Origin: a virus
IMG/VR virus record: IMGVR_UViG_3300018430_002347
Reading direction: 5' to 3' (one strand)
Length of the DNA stretch: 33,835 nucleotides
Part shown: piece by piece, positions 1 through 8,815 of the stretch
How positions within the stretch are numbered: the stretch's first letter is position 1
Layout: each line of letters begins with the position of its first letter
The notes under the pieces: model-generated
Told to the model about the DNA's origin: nothing
Seen by the model: only the letters and a program-made list of their open reading frames with translations
The model's database searches: none
Made by a program: the position numbers and the translations under genes

Positions 1-453
1 AACGAAAGCCATTCCATCAGAGCGTTTGTAACATGAAATAAGGTTACTGCTCACGAATGAAGCATAACCGCTTGCCGTGGTTATCGTGTACGGCGTGATT
101 GTGGATAAATTACTATTTAATTCGCTGATATCACTCTCATGCTCAGCAATTGCGCCAGTTACAGTAGTGGCTGTTGTCCCCATTGGTTCATCTCCAATGG
201 CTTCCACGATCTCGTTAATCTTATCAAGCACGCTTTGGAAAGCGGACTTAACGGTTTGTGTTAAACCGGCAAGGTTCACCAGATTGTGTTTGTTTAATAT
301 GTAATTCGCAAGCCTTGCTAATGTGCTTTTTCTGGTAAGAAAGCCCGTTGAAGCGCTCTGCTCTGTTACCGCGACCTGAATGATAGCGTCATCAGTCATT
401 TGTGTATCGGTCGCCTCTGTCATGCCGGATACTTTAATTCTGTCATCTGCCAT
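1..453 (-). CDS. Phage hypothetical/structural protein, C-terminally truncated by the window edge (at least 151 aa)
   Basis: Open frame on the minus strand from ATG 453..451 to the window edge with no stop. Strong RBS GGAGGAATAAAGATT before the ATG. The stop of the upstream small gene overlaps this RBS. Product begins MADDRIKVSGMTEATD. Confidence 0.6.
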   Translation of the reverse strand, partial: MADDRIKVSGMTEATDTQMTDDAIIQVAVTEQSASTGFLTRKSTLARLANYILNKHNLVNLAGLTQTVKSAFQSVLDKINEIVEAIGDEPMGTTATTVTGAIAEHESDISELNSNLSTITPYTITTASGYASFVSSNLISCYKRSDGMAFV

Positions 454-458
454 AATCT

Positions 459-686
459 TTATTCCTCCGCTCCCGCTGCCGGCTCGATTTGATGCTGATA
501 TGATTCATAGCGGATCATTCTGCCATCTTCATTCAGCAATGTTGCTGAATGCATTTCAATCTGGGATGCTGCGGCATAAGAAAGCACCGTATGGTATTTT
601 TGATCCGCCGCTTTTCTCGTTGCAAATTCCTCATGTAGAACAGAAAGAATCCCGTTATTTTTCTGTAATTCAATTACTGCAAACAC
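459..686 (-). CDS. Small hypothetical phage protein (75 aa), translationally coupled downstream of the tail fibre gene
   Basis: GTG start with RBS AAGGAGG at 5 nt spacing. Begins 8 nt after the stop of the 910-aa tail gene. Its stop overlaps the RBS of the next gene. Confidence 0.5.
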   Translation of the reverse strand: MFAVIELQKNNGILSVLHEEFATRKAADQKYHTVLSYAAASQIEMHSATLLNEDGRMIRYESYQHQIEPAAGAEE

Positions 687-696
687 TTGAACCTCC

Positions 697-3429
697 TTAT
701 ATGATAAATGTCACACTGTCTCTGAAGAACGTAATTGCAGACTGTGCTGCGCCAGAAACGTTCTGAACGGTAATAGTTCCGTTCGTGTTGATCGTATAGA
801 TGATCCTCGTACCATCTTGAGCTATTCCAAGTTTATAAATCGTTGCCGATGGGCGATATCCTGAGGGTAATGTTCCTACAGTCAGTGCGGTTGTCCCCGC
901 TGTAAGGATTCTTGCGTTAAAATTCCAGTGAACTTCAACAACTTTTCCCCACTTTCGCACCTGAGTCGACCAGGTGGTACCCATCGTGATATTTGTAGAA
1001 GAAGCTCCTTTAGTGATTGTTCCCGTATTCGTATCCGTTGACACTTGCAGGTTATCCATATAAAGGCCGGTAGCTCTTTCTTCCCCCTCATCTTGCTCTC
1101 CATCCAAAAAGAGTCTTAAGGCATGATATTCCCCGCTACTGTTGTATCCGAACATTTCAAGTCGTCGAGGAGCAAACAGCGAATGGAAGGACCGCCCGTT
1201 TTCGTCATATCCGAAGAAGATAATTTCTGCTCCGTTTATGTCTGTCGTTTCGTCATAGTCACGATTCCCATTTGCGTCAGTTCTGGCGATCCGTAGTCCT
1301 GCTGAATCAAGCGTCAAGTCATCAGAATTTCGGAAAAGCTCTAAAAAACCATTTTCACTCAGTGCAGAGTAAAGCATATTCCACTTAAAAACACGATTCG
1401 TCTTATCTGCTAGGAAAATGACATTTCCCCTGTCATCCACAATCTTGAAAGCCCCAGACATAATGTAATTCGCGTTTATGTAGATGTCGCCAGTGTTTTC
1501 GTCTTTATACAACCCCTGCAGCTGTCCATTGTTTGTCAGTCTATTAAAGACGCCTTCCGGATCTAATGATTCATCAAGCTCTGCAACGCTATTAAGAGCC
1601 CCATCATATACCGGATCACTAACAGATTCTGTGCCATCACTGTAAAAAGTCACAGTCCTTTTCCAATAATAATGATCCTCAATATAATCTGGTATTTCAT
1701 TGTTCCATTCTCCATTGATCAGCTCAGAAGAAGATCCCGACAAATAATACTGATCTGTTTGACCCGTAATATCTTTAGATGCAGGAACAACAGCATAAAT
1801 TACCGCCTCTGATCCGTCTGCATAAGCTATCACGGTCCGAGTCCAAAGATACAGCCCTCCAAATGATTCCGGTATATCCTCCGCCCATTCATCATTTGCT
1901 TCCACAATCACAACTTTTCCGTCTTCTGTTTCAACATACAGTCCGTCTTCTGTTCCTAAGCAAATTATGTCCGGACACATTCCGGAGGTGCTGAGTCGGT
2001 AGGATGTCGTTGTTGAACTGTTCGTATACGGATTAAGCACTCGCCAAACTGCCGACTCACCGCTGGCGTCATAAATTAGATCCACAACAGTACCGGCTCT
2101 ATACTGCGTGCCGAGCCTAGTATTGTTATCATAGAATATCGCCACGGCTCCTGTCTGTGTTCCATCTTTCAGAGTCAAATTCAGAGTGACATTTTCAGTG
2201 CCGGCCGAAGACAGCTTATATTGGATTCTGGTTCCGTTCTCCAGAGAAGACAGCCGGGTCGAAGTGCCAGTCCATGAGGCCGTAGCGGTGCTGCCGTGAG
2301 TTCCGGTAATCAATTCCGGTTTTACGCCGTCTATAGCCTTTGCAGCTGCTCTCTCAGCAGCAGAAGCAAGCCTGATTGCTCGCTGGACGCTTCCTTCCAC
2401 CTTTGTAACACTGGCAAGCGCGGGCGCATCAATCTTACTTTGCAATCCACCATCAAACGAATGAATTATGGACATACATGGCAGGACAAAAGAATTCCCA
2501 TTCCCGTCGACTACACGCAGTACATCCCATGCTTCAAGTCTCGGGTCACCAAGCGTCATTCCCACACTGCCAGCTCGATACGTTAATCCGATTAAATTAT
2601 TGGCATATTGATCAAACGCATCCTCTGTCATATAAGCATTCGAAATCTGTAAATTCACCGGAGATCCAGACGAATAAGATACTTCTGCTGTTTCTCCACT
2701 TGCTTCGCTGACCACTACCTTCACGCCTGTTATCCGGGTATCATACTCATTAAAGACCGGCGGCGCCTGCATGTCTTCAGCTGAGGTCTGAGAAGTCACC
2801 GTATTGCCAAACTTACATACGCGAATCATTCCATCTGCAGTCTCTGTCGCATATCCTCCGATAACAAAGGCGGCAATTCCCAGAGCCTCTCGATATGTAA
2901 TTCCTGGGGATTCTGCATTTTCAAGATAAGCCGAGGACACCGGTGTATTAAGATCAATTCCCGAATCGAACACCACGGTAACGCCCGTGTCATCTTCTAT
3001 CTGCTGGGCAATCGTGCCGATCGTAACCGGAGTGTAGACCGTATCCAGATAATCGCTCAGTTTGGCCGCAATTCTTCCCTGTGCAATAAATGTGGTCCGG
3101 TTTGTATTAGTCATCGGTTTCCCGACTGTAAAAAATCCCATTGTTATATAATCGAATAATGGATTACTTAAATCATCATTCGTCATAATCCCGATTCGAA
3201 GTTCAAGTTCCTTGCCCTCTAGGATTTCATTACAATCGTCTATTACGGCCTCAATGTATGGACAAAAAACGGCACCGGGAGAAAACTCCGAAGTGCCACA
3301 ACTGCCCTTGTAAATAGTTACTGACTTTACACTGCATTCAATTAGTTGGGAATTATATAAGAATTCAGCTCGAAACGTTCGGCTGTCGTCGCCGATCTTC
3401 GACTGAAACAGGCTCGAACTATCTATCAT
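697..3429 (-). CDS. Tail tip protein / tail-associated endopeptidase and receptor-binding protein (Tal-like, 910 aa)
   Basis: Large ORF immediately after tape measure and the Dit-position gene. N-terminal region resembles the prophage tail endopeptidase family. C-terminal half is rich in G/T/S/N beta-type repeats typical of receptor-binding proteins. Confidence 0.8.
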   Translation of the reverse strand: MIDSSSLFQSKIGDDSRTFRAEFLYNSQLIECSVKSVTIYKGSCGTSEFSPGAVFCPYIEAVIDDCNEILEGKELELRIGIMTNDDLSNPLFDYITMGFFTVGKPMTNTNRTTFIAQGRIAAKLSDYLDTVYTPVTIGTIAQQIEDDTGVTVVFDSGIDLNTPVSSAYLENAESPGITYREALGIAAFVIGGYATETADGMIRVCKFGNTVTSQTSAEDMQAPPVFNEYDTRITGVKVVVSEASGETAEVSYSSGSPVNLQISNAYMTEDAFDQYANNLIGLTYRAGSVGMTLGDPRLEAWDVLRVVDGNGNSFVLPCMSIIHSFDGGLQSKIDAPALASVTKVEGSVQRAIRLASAAERAAAKAIDGVKPELITGTHGSTATASWTGTSTRLSSLENGTRIQYKLSSAGTENVTLNLTLKDGTQTGAVAIFYDNNTRLGTQYRAGTVVDLIYDASGESAVWRVLNPYTNSSTTTSYRLSTSGMCPDIICLGTEDGLYVETEDGKVVIVEANDEWAEDIPESFGGLYLWTRTVIAYADGSEAVIYAVVPASKDITGQTDQYYLSGSSSELINGEWNNEIPDYIEDHYYWKRTVTFYSDGTESVSDPVYDGALNSVAELDESLDPEGVFNRLTNNGQLQGLYKDENTGDIYINANYIMSGAFKIVDDRGNVIFLADKTNRVFKWNMLYSALSENGFLELFRNSDDLTLDSAGLRIARTDANGNRDYDETTDINGAEIIFFGYDENGRSFHSLFAPRRLEMFGYNSSGEYHALRLFLDGEQDEGEERATGLYMDNLQVSTDTNTGTITKGASSTNITMGTTWSTQVRKWGKVVEVHWNFNARILTAGTTALTVGTLPSGYRPSATIYKLGIAQDGTRIIYTINTNGTITVQNVSGAAQSAITFFRDSVTFII

Positions 3430-3441
3430 GTCCTGTCTCCT

Positions 3442-3792
3442 TTACTGCTGAATAATAGTAACATTAACATCTTTGACATAGGTATCCCCGCCGAAAGTAC
3501 CTAGAATCTGTCGAGAAAGAGTTCCGCGGTAAGACGTCACGGTAGTGGCTGTTCCATCAATTAATAATGTAAATGGAATAAAGCCACTCCGAAGATTGTT
3601 TTTTATCAGTTCGTACTCGCTCATCGTTAATACACCCCAACTAATCTGGAATGTTTCTTTCTCGGCGACCACATCACCAATCATCTTACCAGTACTGGAG
3701 CGCCCCGTATTGGCGCTCCAGATTATTTCGCTGCTCGTACTGATTTCAGTCGGAGACGGAAGGATTACATTACCAGCTTTTATAACAACCAT
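3442..3792 (-). CDS. Small tail protein in distal-tail (Dit) position (116 aa)
   Basis: Sits between the tape measure stop (3806) and the Tal-like start (3429). Beta-rich sequence. Much shorter than typical ~250-aa Dit proteins. Confidence 0.5.
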   Translation of the reverse strand: MVVIKAGNVILPSPTEISTSSEIIWSANTGRSSTGKMIGDVVAEKETFQISWGVLTMSEYELIKNNLRSGFIPFTLLIDGTATTVTSYRGTLSRQILGTFGGDTYVKDVNVTIIQQ

Positions 3793-3805
3793 AATTATCT
3801 CCTAA

Positions 3806-6800
3806 TCATACGACTATTTCGCAAATGCCTGTTGCCTGCGTATTAGCATTAATCAGCTGCACGATCCGATCCTTCACACTGACGCCATCCATTTTTACAT
3901 CAAAATCAAGGTTTCTAAGGACTTCTAAAATCGACCTCAGGAGTATCACGACCTGTGCCATGTTTCCTCCCGCAGAAGCAGTGACGGCTTGTTTCGCCAA
4001 TTCTGTCAATTCCGAAGTATCACGGCTTACGCTGCTTCCAATCTCTGCGAGCCTCGGAGTGTACCTGTCAGTGCAATAGAGCTTAATACCTGCTATTGCT
4101 CTGGCAACGCCGGCTGAGACGGACGCCACAATCTGATCATTGTTCATGACCGCAGTGTGTCCGCCAAGTGTACCAACAAGTTCCGGTCCGGCTTCTCGTG
4201 CAGCGAACAGCTGGCCGTTCGCAGGAAGTCCGCCTTGGGCAAATGCCTGAATCGGAGACCATCTGCCGTTTCTGAAAACGCCACCCTCTGCTTTTGGAAC
4301 TAAGCGCCAGGAGCCTCTTGATGTTCCTGTAATATTTGCTGTGACATTTATTTTCTTCTGAGACGCCTTTAGGCCGCTCTGATCTACATTCGTGAACTTT
4401 GCCGTCCATCCACTTGTTGTCCAGCTTGTTCCTCTTTTCCAAGCTCTAGTCTGCGTATTATGCTGCGCTACCCATCCTGTAGTAGTCCAGCTTGTTCCTT
4501 TTTTCCAGGATCTTGTCTGATTATTATGCTGGGCTGTCCAACCTGTGGTAACTTTCTTAGAAGCAGCAATTTTATCAGCAAATCCCGTAGCATTGACAGT
4601 TCCATTTGTTGCCACGGGATTCTTCTTGCTGTCTTCCTCGATCTTCTTTTTATATTCTTCGTACTTCTTTCCCGGCGGCGGATCAAGGTCCGCTATCATC
4701 GGAATGTGAATTGTATCAAGATCGACTCCGAGCTGTTCAGTAATCCACGATCCTAAAGAGGAATTCTTCAGAGTTCCCGTGATATTATCCAGCATCCCAT
4801 TTACGACACTGATAACCGAATTTCCAATATCGATGAACTTCTGTTTCAGTCCCCTTCCGATAACGTCTGTGACGTATAAAGAAATCTGATCCCATGACGT
4901 TTCAAATAACTTTATCAGATCAGCCGTGCCATCACCTATAGCAGTAAAAGCATCTATGATAAGTCCCAACCCGTCTGCTATACCACCGATCTTGTCAAGA
5001 AAATCATCCCCCAAAAGCTCGATAATGTCCGCAATGACAGGCATTATTTTCTCTGCAAGATCATTGCGCATTGGTTGAAGTACTTTTTCCCACAGAACTT
5101 TTACACCATCAAAGATCGCCCCAAAAATTGGTTCGAGCTTCTCAAGAACAGGCTTGACATGATCTTCTACAACATCCTTGAACTTTTTGGTAAGCTTATC
5201 CAGTACCGGGGAAACATGATTATTCCAACCGTCAAGAATAGTTCCGACAATCTCTGAAACACCGCTTCCGAAGCTTTCAAGCAAAGGCTTTACATGCTGA
5301 TTCCAAATTCGCTGGACGCTCTCCCATACCGAAGTAACAGTATCGTCAATGGTTTCAAGTATCGTCGATATCCTGCCAATGGATCCGTCCAGAGCAGTCT
5401 TAATCTTCTCCTTATTGTCACTAATGACCTTTACAATATTTTCAAGGAACGTTTCCTTGAATTCGGTCAACAGCAAGACAACATTTGAGATTGGTGTCCA
5501 AATTAAGCTGATTATGCTGCCCGAAGCACTCTTGGCATCGTCACTGCGGAATACAGTAAAAATATCGGCTATAGCTTCAGCGAGTTCTCCAGCCTTCTCA
5601 TTAATATTTGTCCATGATCCAAGAAGATCCTGCCACCATTTTTCAATTTCAGGCCCATGTTTCGTCAACCAGCTGTCCATTCCTCCTAAGAGGTTATCAA
5701 CAACTGTAGCAGCGATAGAGACAGCCGCACCGGATATCTTTCCAAATGACGTTACAAGCGAGTCAAGCCAATCAGAAAATGCCTTCTTCGAGTTTTCACT
5801 TCCAAAGATCTGCTCCAAAGCTCCGGAGATGTTTTGTACGTGTTCTGTAATCTCATCAAAAACAGAAACATCTCCCAGGCCTTCCCAGAAGCCTCCCATA
5901 AAAAGATCTTTGATCTTCTTCAGCTTTTCAAACAGCTTGTCAAACGGCCCGCCATCTTCAGAAACCTCGTAAGCTGTATTCTGCAAAGCAGAAGCAGTAT
6001 CGCCAAGACCTCCCGCTCCGCCTGCTCCTGAACCGCCGGATCCCCCTGAGCCACCGGAACCACTTTCAGCAGCCTCTGTGAGTTTTGTGATCTGGTCAAA
6101 GCCGGCAAGGCTCCGCTGAATCTTTTTTGCCGCATCAGCAGCGTCACTGGCAGCGCCACCCGCAGCGTCACCAACATCTCCTAATCCATCCGCTGCGGCA
6201 CCTGCTCCATCGGCAATCTCACCGAGGGCAGAGGTTGTCGCCCCAGCTCCGGCTTGCATATCCTCTGAATTTTGTCCAAAAAGCGAATAGACAAAAGACT
6301 TGAAAGTGTTGGCGGCCTTGATCAGCGCCCCCATGAACTTATTAAGCGCTTGTATAGCTGGACTGAGTGCTGCTATCAGCCCCTGACCAATGGTGGCGCA
6401 GAGGCTCTCAAACTGCAGCTTTAAAATCCTTACCTGGTTCGCCCAGCCAGTAGATGTTCTTGCAAAGTCTCCGGATGCTCCCGACAATTTATCCAGAACA
6501 AAACTATACCTCAGTGCAACCTTCTCCTGCTCGTTCATGGCCGAAGTTGTCTTACCGAATCCATTTGCCATCGCAAACGCATCCAGCGCAGACTGTGTCA
6601 TGACAACACCGAGAGACTTCAGCCCTTCTGTTTCACCTGTAAAGATTGCTTTCAGCTTTGAAAACGCTTCTTCCTGGTCAAGGTTGTAGAATGATGCCAC
6701 ATCACCGGCCAAACCGGTAAGCGCAGTGCTCATTTCATAGACATCCGATTCTGCAAAGCCAAATGCTTTTGCCATTGCCCCGAATGTTCCCGTGAACTGT

Positions 6801-7123
6801 TTGGCCATTGTCTCGGACAGCCCAAACTGCATAGCGGCATGCTCAGCGAACTCATCTACTTTTTTATTCATGGATGTAAAAGTAACATCCACAACGTTCT
6901 GGACTTCGGCAAGATCCGATCCGAGATCCAGGCATTTCTTTGCAAACGCAGTAACGGCCCTTACGGACATTGCCGCAGCAAATACCTTCCCGATCTTCGT
7001 AGCAATCCCGCTTGCTTGTCTTTCGGCTCGTTTGCCTTCCTGTTCCAGCTGCTGCCTGAACGGCTTGCCATTCAGCTCTAACCTTATACTCGCAGCGCCG
7101 ACCTCAGTTGCTTTGTTTGGCAT
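3806..7123 (-). CDS. Tail tape measure protein (1105 aa)
   Basis: N-terminal TP901-type tape-measure core (AAMQFGLSETMAKQFTGTFGAMAKAFGF...). Long alpha-helical middle with GGSGGSGGSGAGGAGG linker. W/T-rich tandem repeats (TTGWTAQHNNQTRSWKKGTSW x3). C-terminal LPANGQLFAAREAGPELVGTLGGHTAVMNNDQ motif. RBS AGGTGATAAT before ATG 7123. Confidence 0.95.
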   Translation of the reverse strand: MPNKATEVGAASIRLELNGKPFRQQLEQEGKRAERQASGIATKIGKVFAAAMSVRAVTAFAKKCLDLGSDLAEVQNVVDVTFTSMNKKVDEFAEHAAMQFGLSETMAKQFTGTFGAMAKAFGFAESDVYEMSTALTGLAGDVASFYNLDQEEAFSKLKAIFTGETEGLKSLGVVMTQSALDAFAMANGFGKTTSAMNEQEKVALRYSFVLDKLSGASGDFARTSTGWANQVRILKLQFESLCATIGQGLIAALSPAIQALNKFMGALIKAANTFKSFVYSLFGQNSEDMQAGAGATTSALGEIADGAGAAADGLGDVGDAAGGAASDAADAAKKIQRSLAGFDQITKLTEAAESGSGGSGGSGGSGAGGAGGLGDTASALQNTAYEVSEDGGPFDKLFEKLKKIKDLFMGGFWEGLGDVSVFDEITEHVQNISGALEQIFGSENSKKAFSDWLDSLVTSFGKISGAAVSIAATVVDNLLGGMDSWLTKHGPEIEKWWQDLLGSWTNINEKAGELAEAIADIFTVFRSDDAKSASGSIISLIWTPISNVVLLLTEFKETFLENIVKVISDNKEKIKTALDGSIGRISTILETIDDTVTSVWESVQRIWNQHVKPLLESFGSGVSEIVGTILDGWNNHVSPVLDKLTKKFKDVVEDHVKPVLEKLEPIFGAIFDGVKVLWEKVLQPMRNDLAEKIMPVIADIIELLGDDFLDKIGGIADGLGLIIDAFTAIGDGTADLIKLFETSWDQISLYVTDVIGRGLKQKFIDIGNSVISVVNGMLDNITGTLKNSSLGSWITEQLGVDLDTIHIPMIADLDPPPGKKYEEYKKKIEEDSKKNPVATNGTVNATGFADKIAASKKVTTGWTAQHNNQTRSWKKGTSWTTTGWVAQHNTQTRAWKRGTSWTTSGWTAKFTNVDQSGLKASQKKINVTANITGTSRGSWRLVPKAEGGVFRNGRWSPIQAFAQGGLPANGQLFAAREAGPELVGTLGGHTAVMNNDQIVASVSAGVARAIAGIKLYCTDRYTPRLAEIGSSVSRDTSELTELAKQAVTASAGGNMAQVVILLRSILEVLRNLDFDVKMDGVSVKDRIVQLINANTQATGICEIVV
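4405..4545. repeat. About 66-nt tandem DNA repeat (about 2.2 copies) inside the tape measure gene, encoding W-rich peptide repeats
   Basis: ccagcttgttcct(c)ttttcca...tattatgctg(c/g)gct...cc recurs with a 66-nt period across 4410..4543. It matches the TTGW(T/V)AQHN(N/T)QTR(S/A)WK(K/R)GTSW protein repeats. Confidence 0.6.
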
Positions 7124-7162
7124 ATTATCACCTGCCTATCTGATCAAGGCAGGCTGGCTCAG

Positions 7163-7318
7163 CTACTCTTTGGTGCTCACCCTATACTCTTCACCTCGTT
7201 TATATTCGTATGTTATGATCTGCCCACAGCGAGGACATTTTATTTCGCCTTTTCCATACTCCAGAAGCTGGAGCACTTTTCTGCACTTAGGGCACTTCTG
7301 CTTGATGATCTTCCGCAT
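7163..7318 (-). CDS. Small zinc-ribbon protein (52 aa; CPKC...CPRC)
   Basis: ORF not in the supplied track because it is under 60 aa. ATG 7318..7316 is preceded by RBS AGGAGGGGC. Translation MRKIIKQKCPKCRKVLQLLEYGKGEIKCPRCGQIITYEYKRGEEYRVSTKE, two CxxC pairs 15 aa apart. TAG at 7165..7163, 40 nt before the tape measure ATG. Confidence 0.45.
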   Translation of the reverse strand: MRKIIKQKCPKCRKVLQLLEYGKGEIKCPRCGQIITYEYKRGEEYRVSTKE

Positions 7319-7670
7319 CTGCCCCTCCTGCCATATTAATAAAGGCTTGTTTCATTGATTCGATAAATGCATTTACCTCTTTCGCCGGCCTTGCTTTAGC
7401 TTTTCTTGAAAGCCATTTGTTTCGGATTCTCTTCTGATCCGGAGTGAATTTCTTTATCGTTTCCGGATCTGTCTCCGCCCGAATCGCAATAATCCGTCCG
7501 AGCGGAGTTTTAGAATCAAACCCGGAAATATAAGCCGCGAATTCTTTCCATTTCATGGTGCGAAGCTCTTTAGATAAGCGGAGCCCGTACTGCGACTGAA
7601 AGGACGCTACTATAAGGTCCCAATCTTCGTTCAGATCGTAATACGGGTCTACGCTTCCCCCTCGTCTTCC
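7287..7670 (-). CDS. Tail assembly chaperone -1 frameshift extension (gpT-like part of a G-T fusion)
   Basis: The -1 frame relative to the chaperone ORF is open from 7670 to 7287. It overlaps the last 22 nt of the G ORF. The overlap contains a G5 run (minus strand GAG GGG GAA G, plus coordinates 7657..7661). The first ATG of this frame is only at 7556, so the upstream 38 codons have no start of their own. Confidence 0.6.
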   Translation of the reverse strand, partial: GRRGGSVDPYYDLNEDWDLIVASFQSQYGLRLSKELRTMKWKEFAAYISGFDSKTPLGRIIAIRAETDPETIKKFTPDQKRIRNKWLSRKAKARPAKEVNAFIESMKQAFINMAGGADAEDHQAEVP

Positions 7671-7948
7671 TCATCAGGATCCTCGCCAAGCGCAAGGGCA
7701 ATAGCGGTTCTAATAACCGTAATAAAGTCATCCGTCTTCAGCTTCATCTTGGACAGCTTTTTCTGATCCTCCTCAGAGAAGATTAAGCTACAGGCTTCAC
7801 GTACCGCAGCAAGCTCTCCTTTTCCCTGCATTGCATCCATGATGCTAAGAAGGACTTCCGCATCAGATCGAACAGTGATCTCTTCATCTCCGATCTGCAG
7901 AACAGGATCCTCATCAAATTTCAGCTTTTCTGTTAAATTGTATTTCAC
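7649..7948 (-). CDS. Tail assembly chaperone (gpG-like, 99 aa, acidic C-terminus)
   Basis: Sits between major tail protein and tape measure. C-terminus ends ...DPDEEDEGEA. This is the canonical position and composition of sipho tail assembly chaperones. Confidence 0.8.
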   Translation of the reverse strand: MKYNLTEKLKFDEDPVLQIGDEEITVRSDAEVLLSIMDAMQGKGELAAVREACSLIFSEEDQKKLSKMKLKTDDFITVIRTAIALALGEDPDEEDEGEA

Positions 7949-7963
7949 GGCTTATCTCCTTTC

Positions 7964-8419
7964 TCACGCTGCCGGCGTTACCGTCGGTTTGCCATTGGAC
8001 ATCACTTCAAACTCAAGCGGAGCAACATTCGTAGAATCCGCGGAGCCGATATTTGTGACATTGATGACTGCATCAGAGAACTTCACAGCAGTTCCATCCG
8101 GGAATGTCCATGTGAAATCCGTCTCAGCATCACGCCCGTTTTTCCAGGCAAGACCTGCGACAAAATCATTGCCAGTGTCACCCACATTGCGCTTAGCTGT
8201 AACGCTGATCGTCACGCCCTTTGCAGTAAGCAGGCGACGGATCCAGCCTTCCTGTTCAAACGGACGCCACTCTTCAACGCCGTTGTCGAAAGCAACGCTG
8301 AAAGACTCACAGTCCGCGATATCAGACATCACGGGTTGAGCGCTGGTCCCGCTGGTTTTAATTTTGAACTGGTTTTCATAGCACGGATATACTCCGCTTG
8401 TAATAGTATTGTCTGCCAT
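7964..8419 (-). CDS. Major tail protein (151 aa)
   Basis: Position between the tail-completion gene and the chaperone. Beta-rich sequence resembling TP901/phi13-type major tail proteins. Confidence 0.8.
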   Translation of the reverse strand: MADNTITSGVYPCYENQFKIKTSGTSAQPVMSDIADCESFSVAFDNGVEEWRPFEQEGWIRRLLTAKGVTISVTAKRNVGDTGNDFVAGLAWKNGRDAETDFTWTFPDGTAVKFSDAVINVTNIGSADSTNVAPLEFEVMSNGKPTVTPAA

Positions 8420-8425
8420 AAATCT

Positions 8426-8815
8426 TTACCTCCTGTAATAAAGATCAAATTCAATTACATACTCGTAGATTCCACCCTCATCGGTTCCCACAGCAACAGG
8501 CTCCGGCACCATCAGACGAAGATAATGGACGGGATGATCCTCGATCGTGATATTATGCGCGTTCATAAGTGCATCCCATAATGCAGAGGCTGCCTCCTCC
8601 GTCTGAGCGGCATTGCGATTCCAATGCAGAAGCAGTGAAACTGACTTTATGTCGTACGTGCTGTCATTTCCGATTGCCCTTACGGGATCTCCGGAGCGCC
8701 TACGGTTATATACCCCAAGCGACCTTTCTTTTTTGTTGTTGAGACGTCCGACATAATAATTCTCTGCCACTTCCAGAGTGGATAACCATTCCCTAATTCC
8801 TGCCAGCGTCATCAT
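8426..8815 (-). CDS. Tail completion / tail terminator protein (129 aa)
   Basis: Syntenic position between the HK97 gp10-like gene and the major tail protein gene. 4-nt start/stop overlap with the neighbouring gene. Confidence 0.55.
   Translation of the reverse strand: MMTLAGIREWLSTLEVAENYYVGRLNNKKERSLGVYNRRRSGDPVRAIGNDSTYDIKSVSLLLHWNRNAAQTEEAASALWDALMNAHNITIEDHPVHYLRLMVPEPVAVGTDEGGIYEYVIEFDLYYRR

Noticed and set aside
5349-5972. 207-aa plus-strand ORF inside the tape measure gene, and other plus-strand ORFs at 6390..7358
   Set aside because: Antisense to the tape measure coding sequence. Ser/Pro/Phe-rich low-complexity translations without ribosome-binding sites. Regarded as shadow ORFs.
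6010-6060. GGSGGSGGSGAGGAGG-encoding GC-rich simple repeat
   Set aside because: In-frame flexible linker within the tape measure protein, a common feature of tape measures. Not an independent element.
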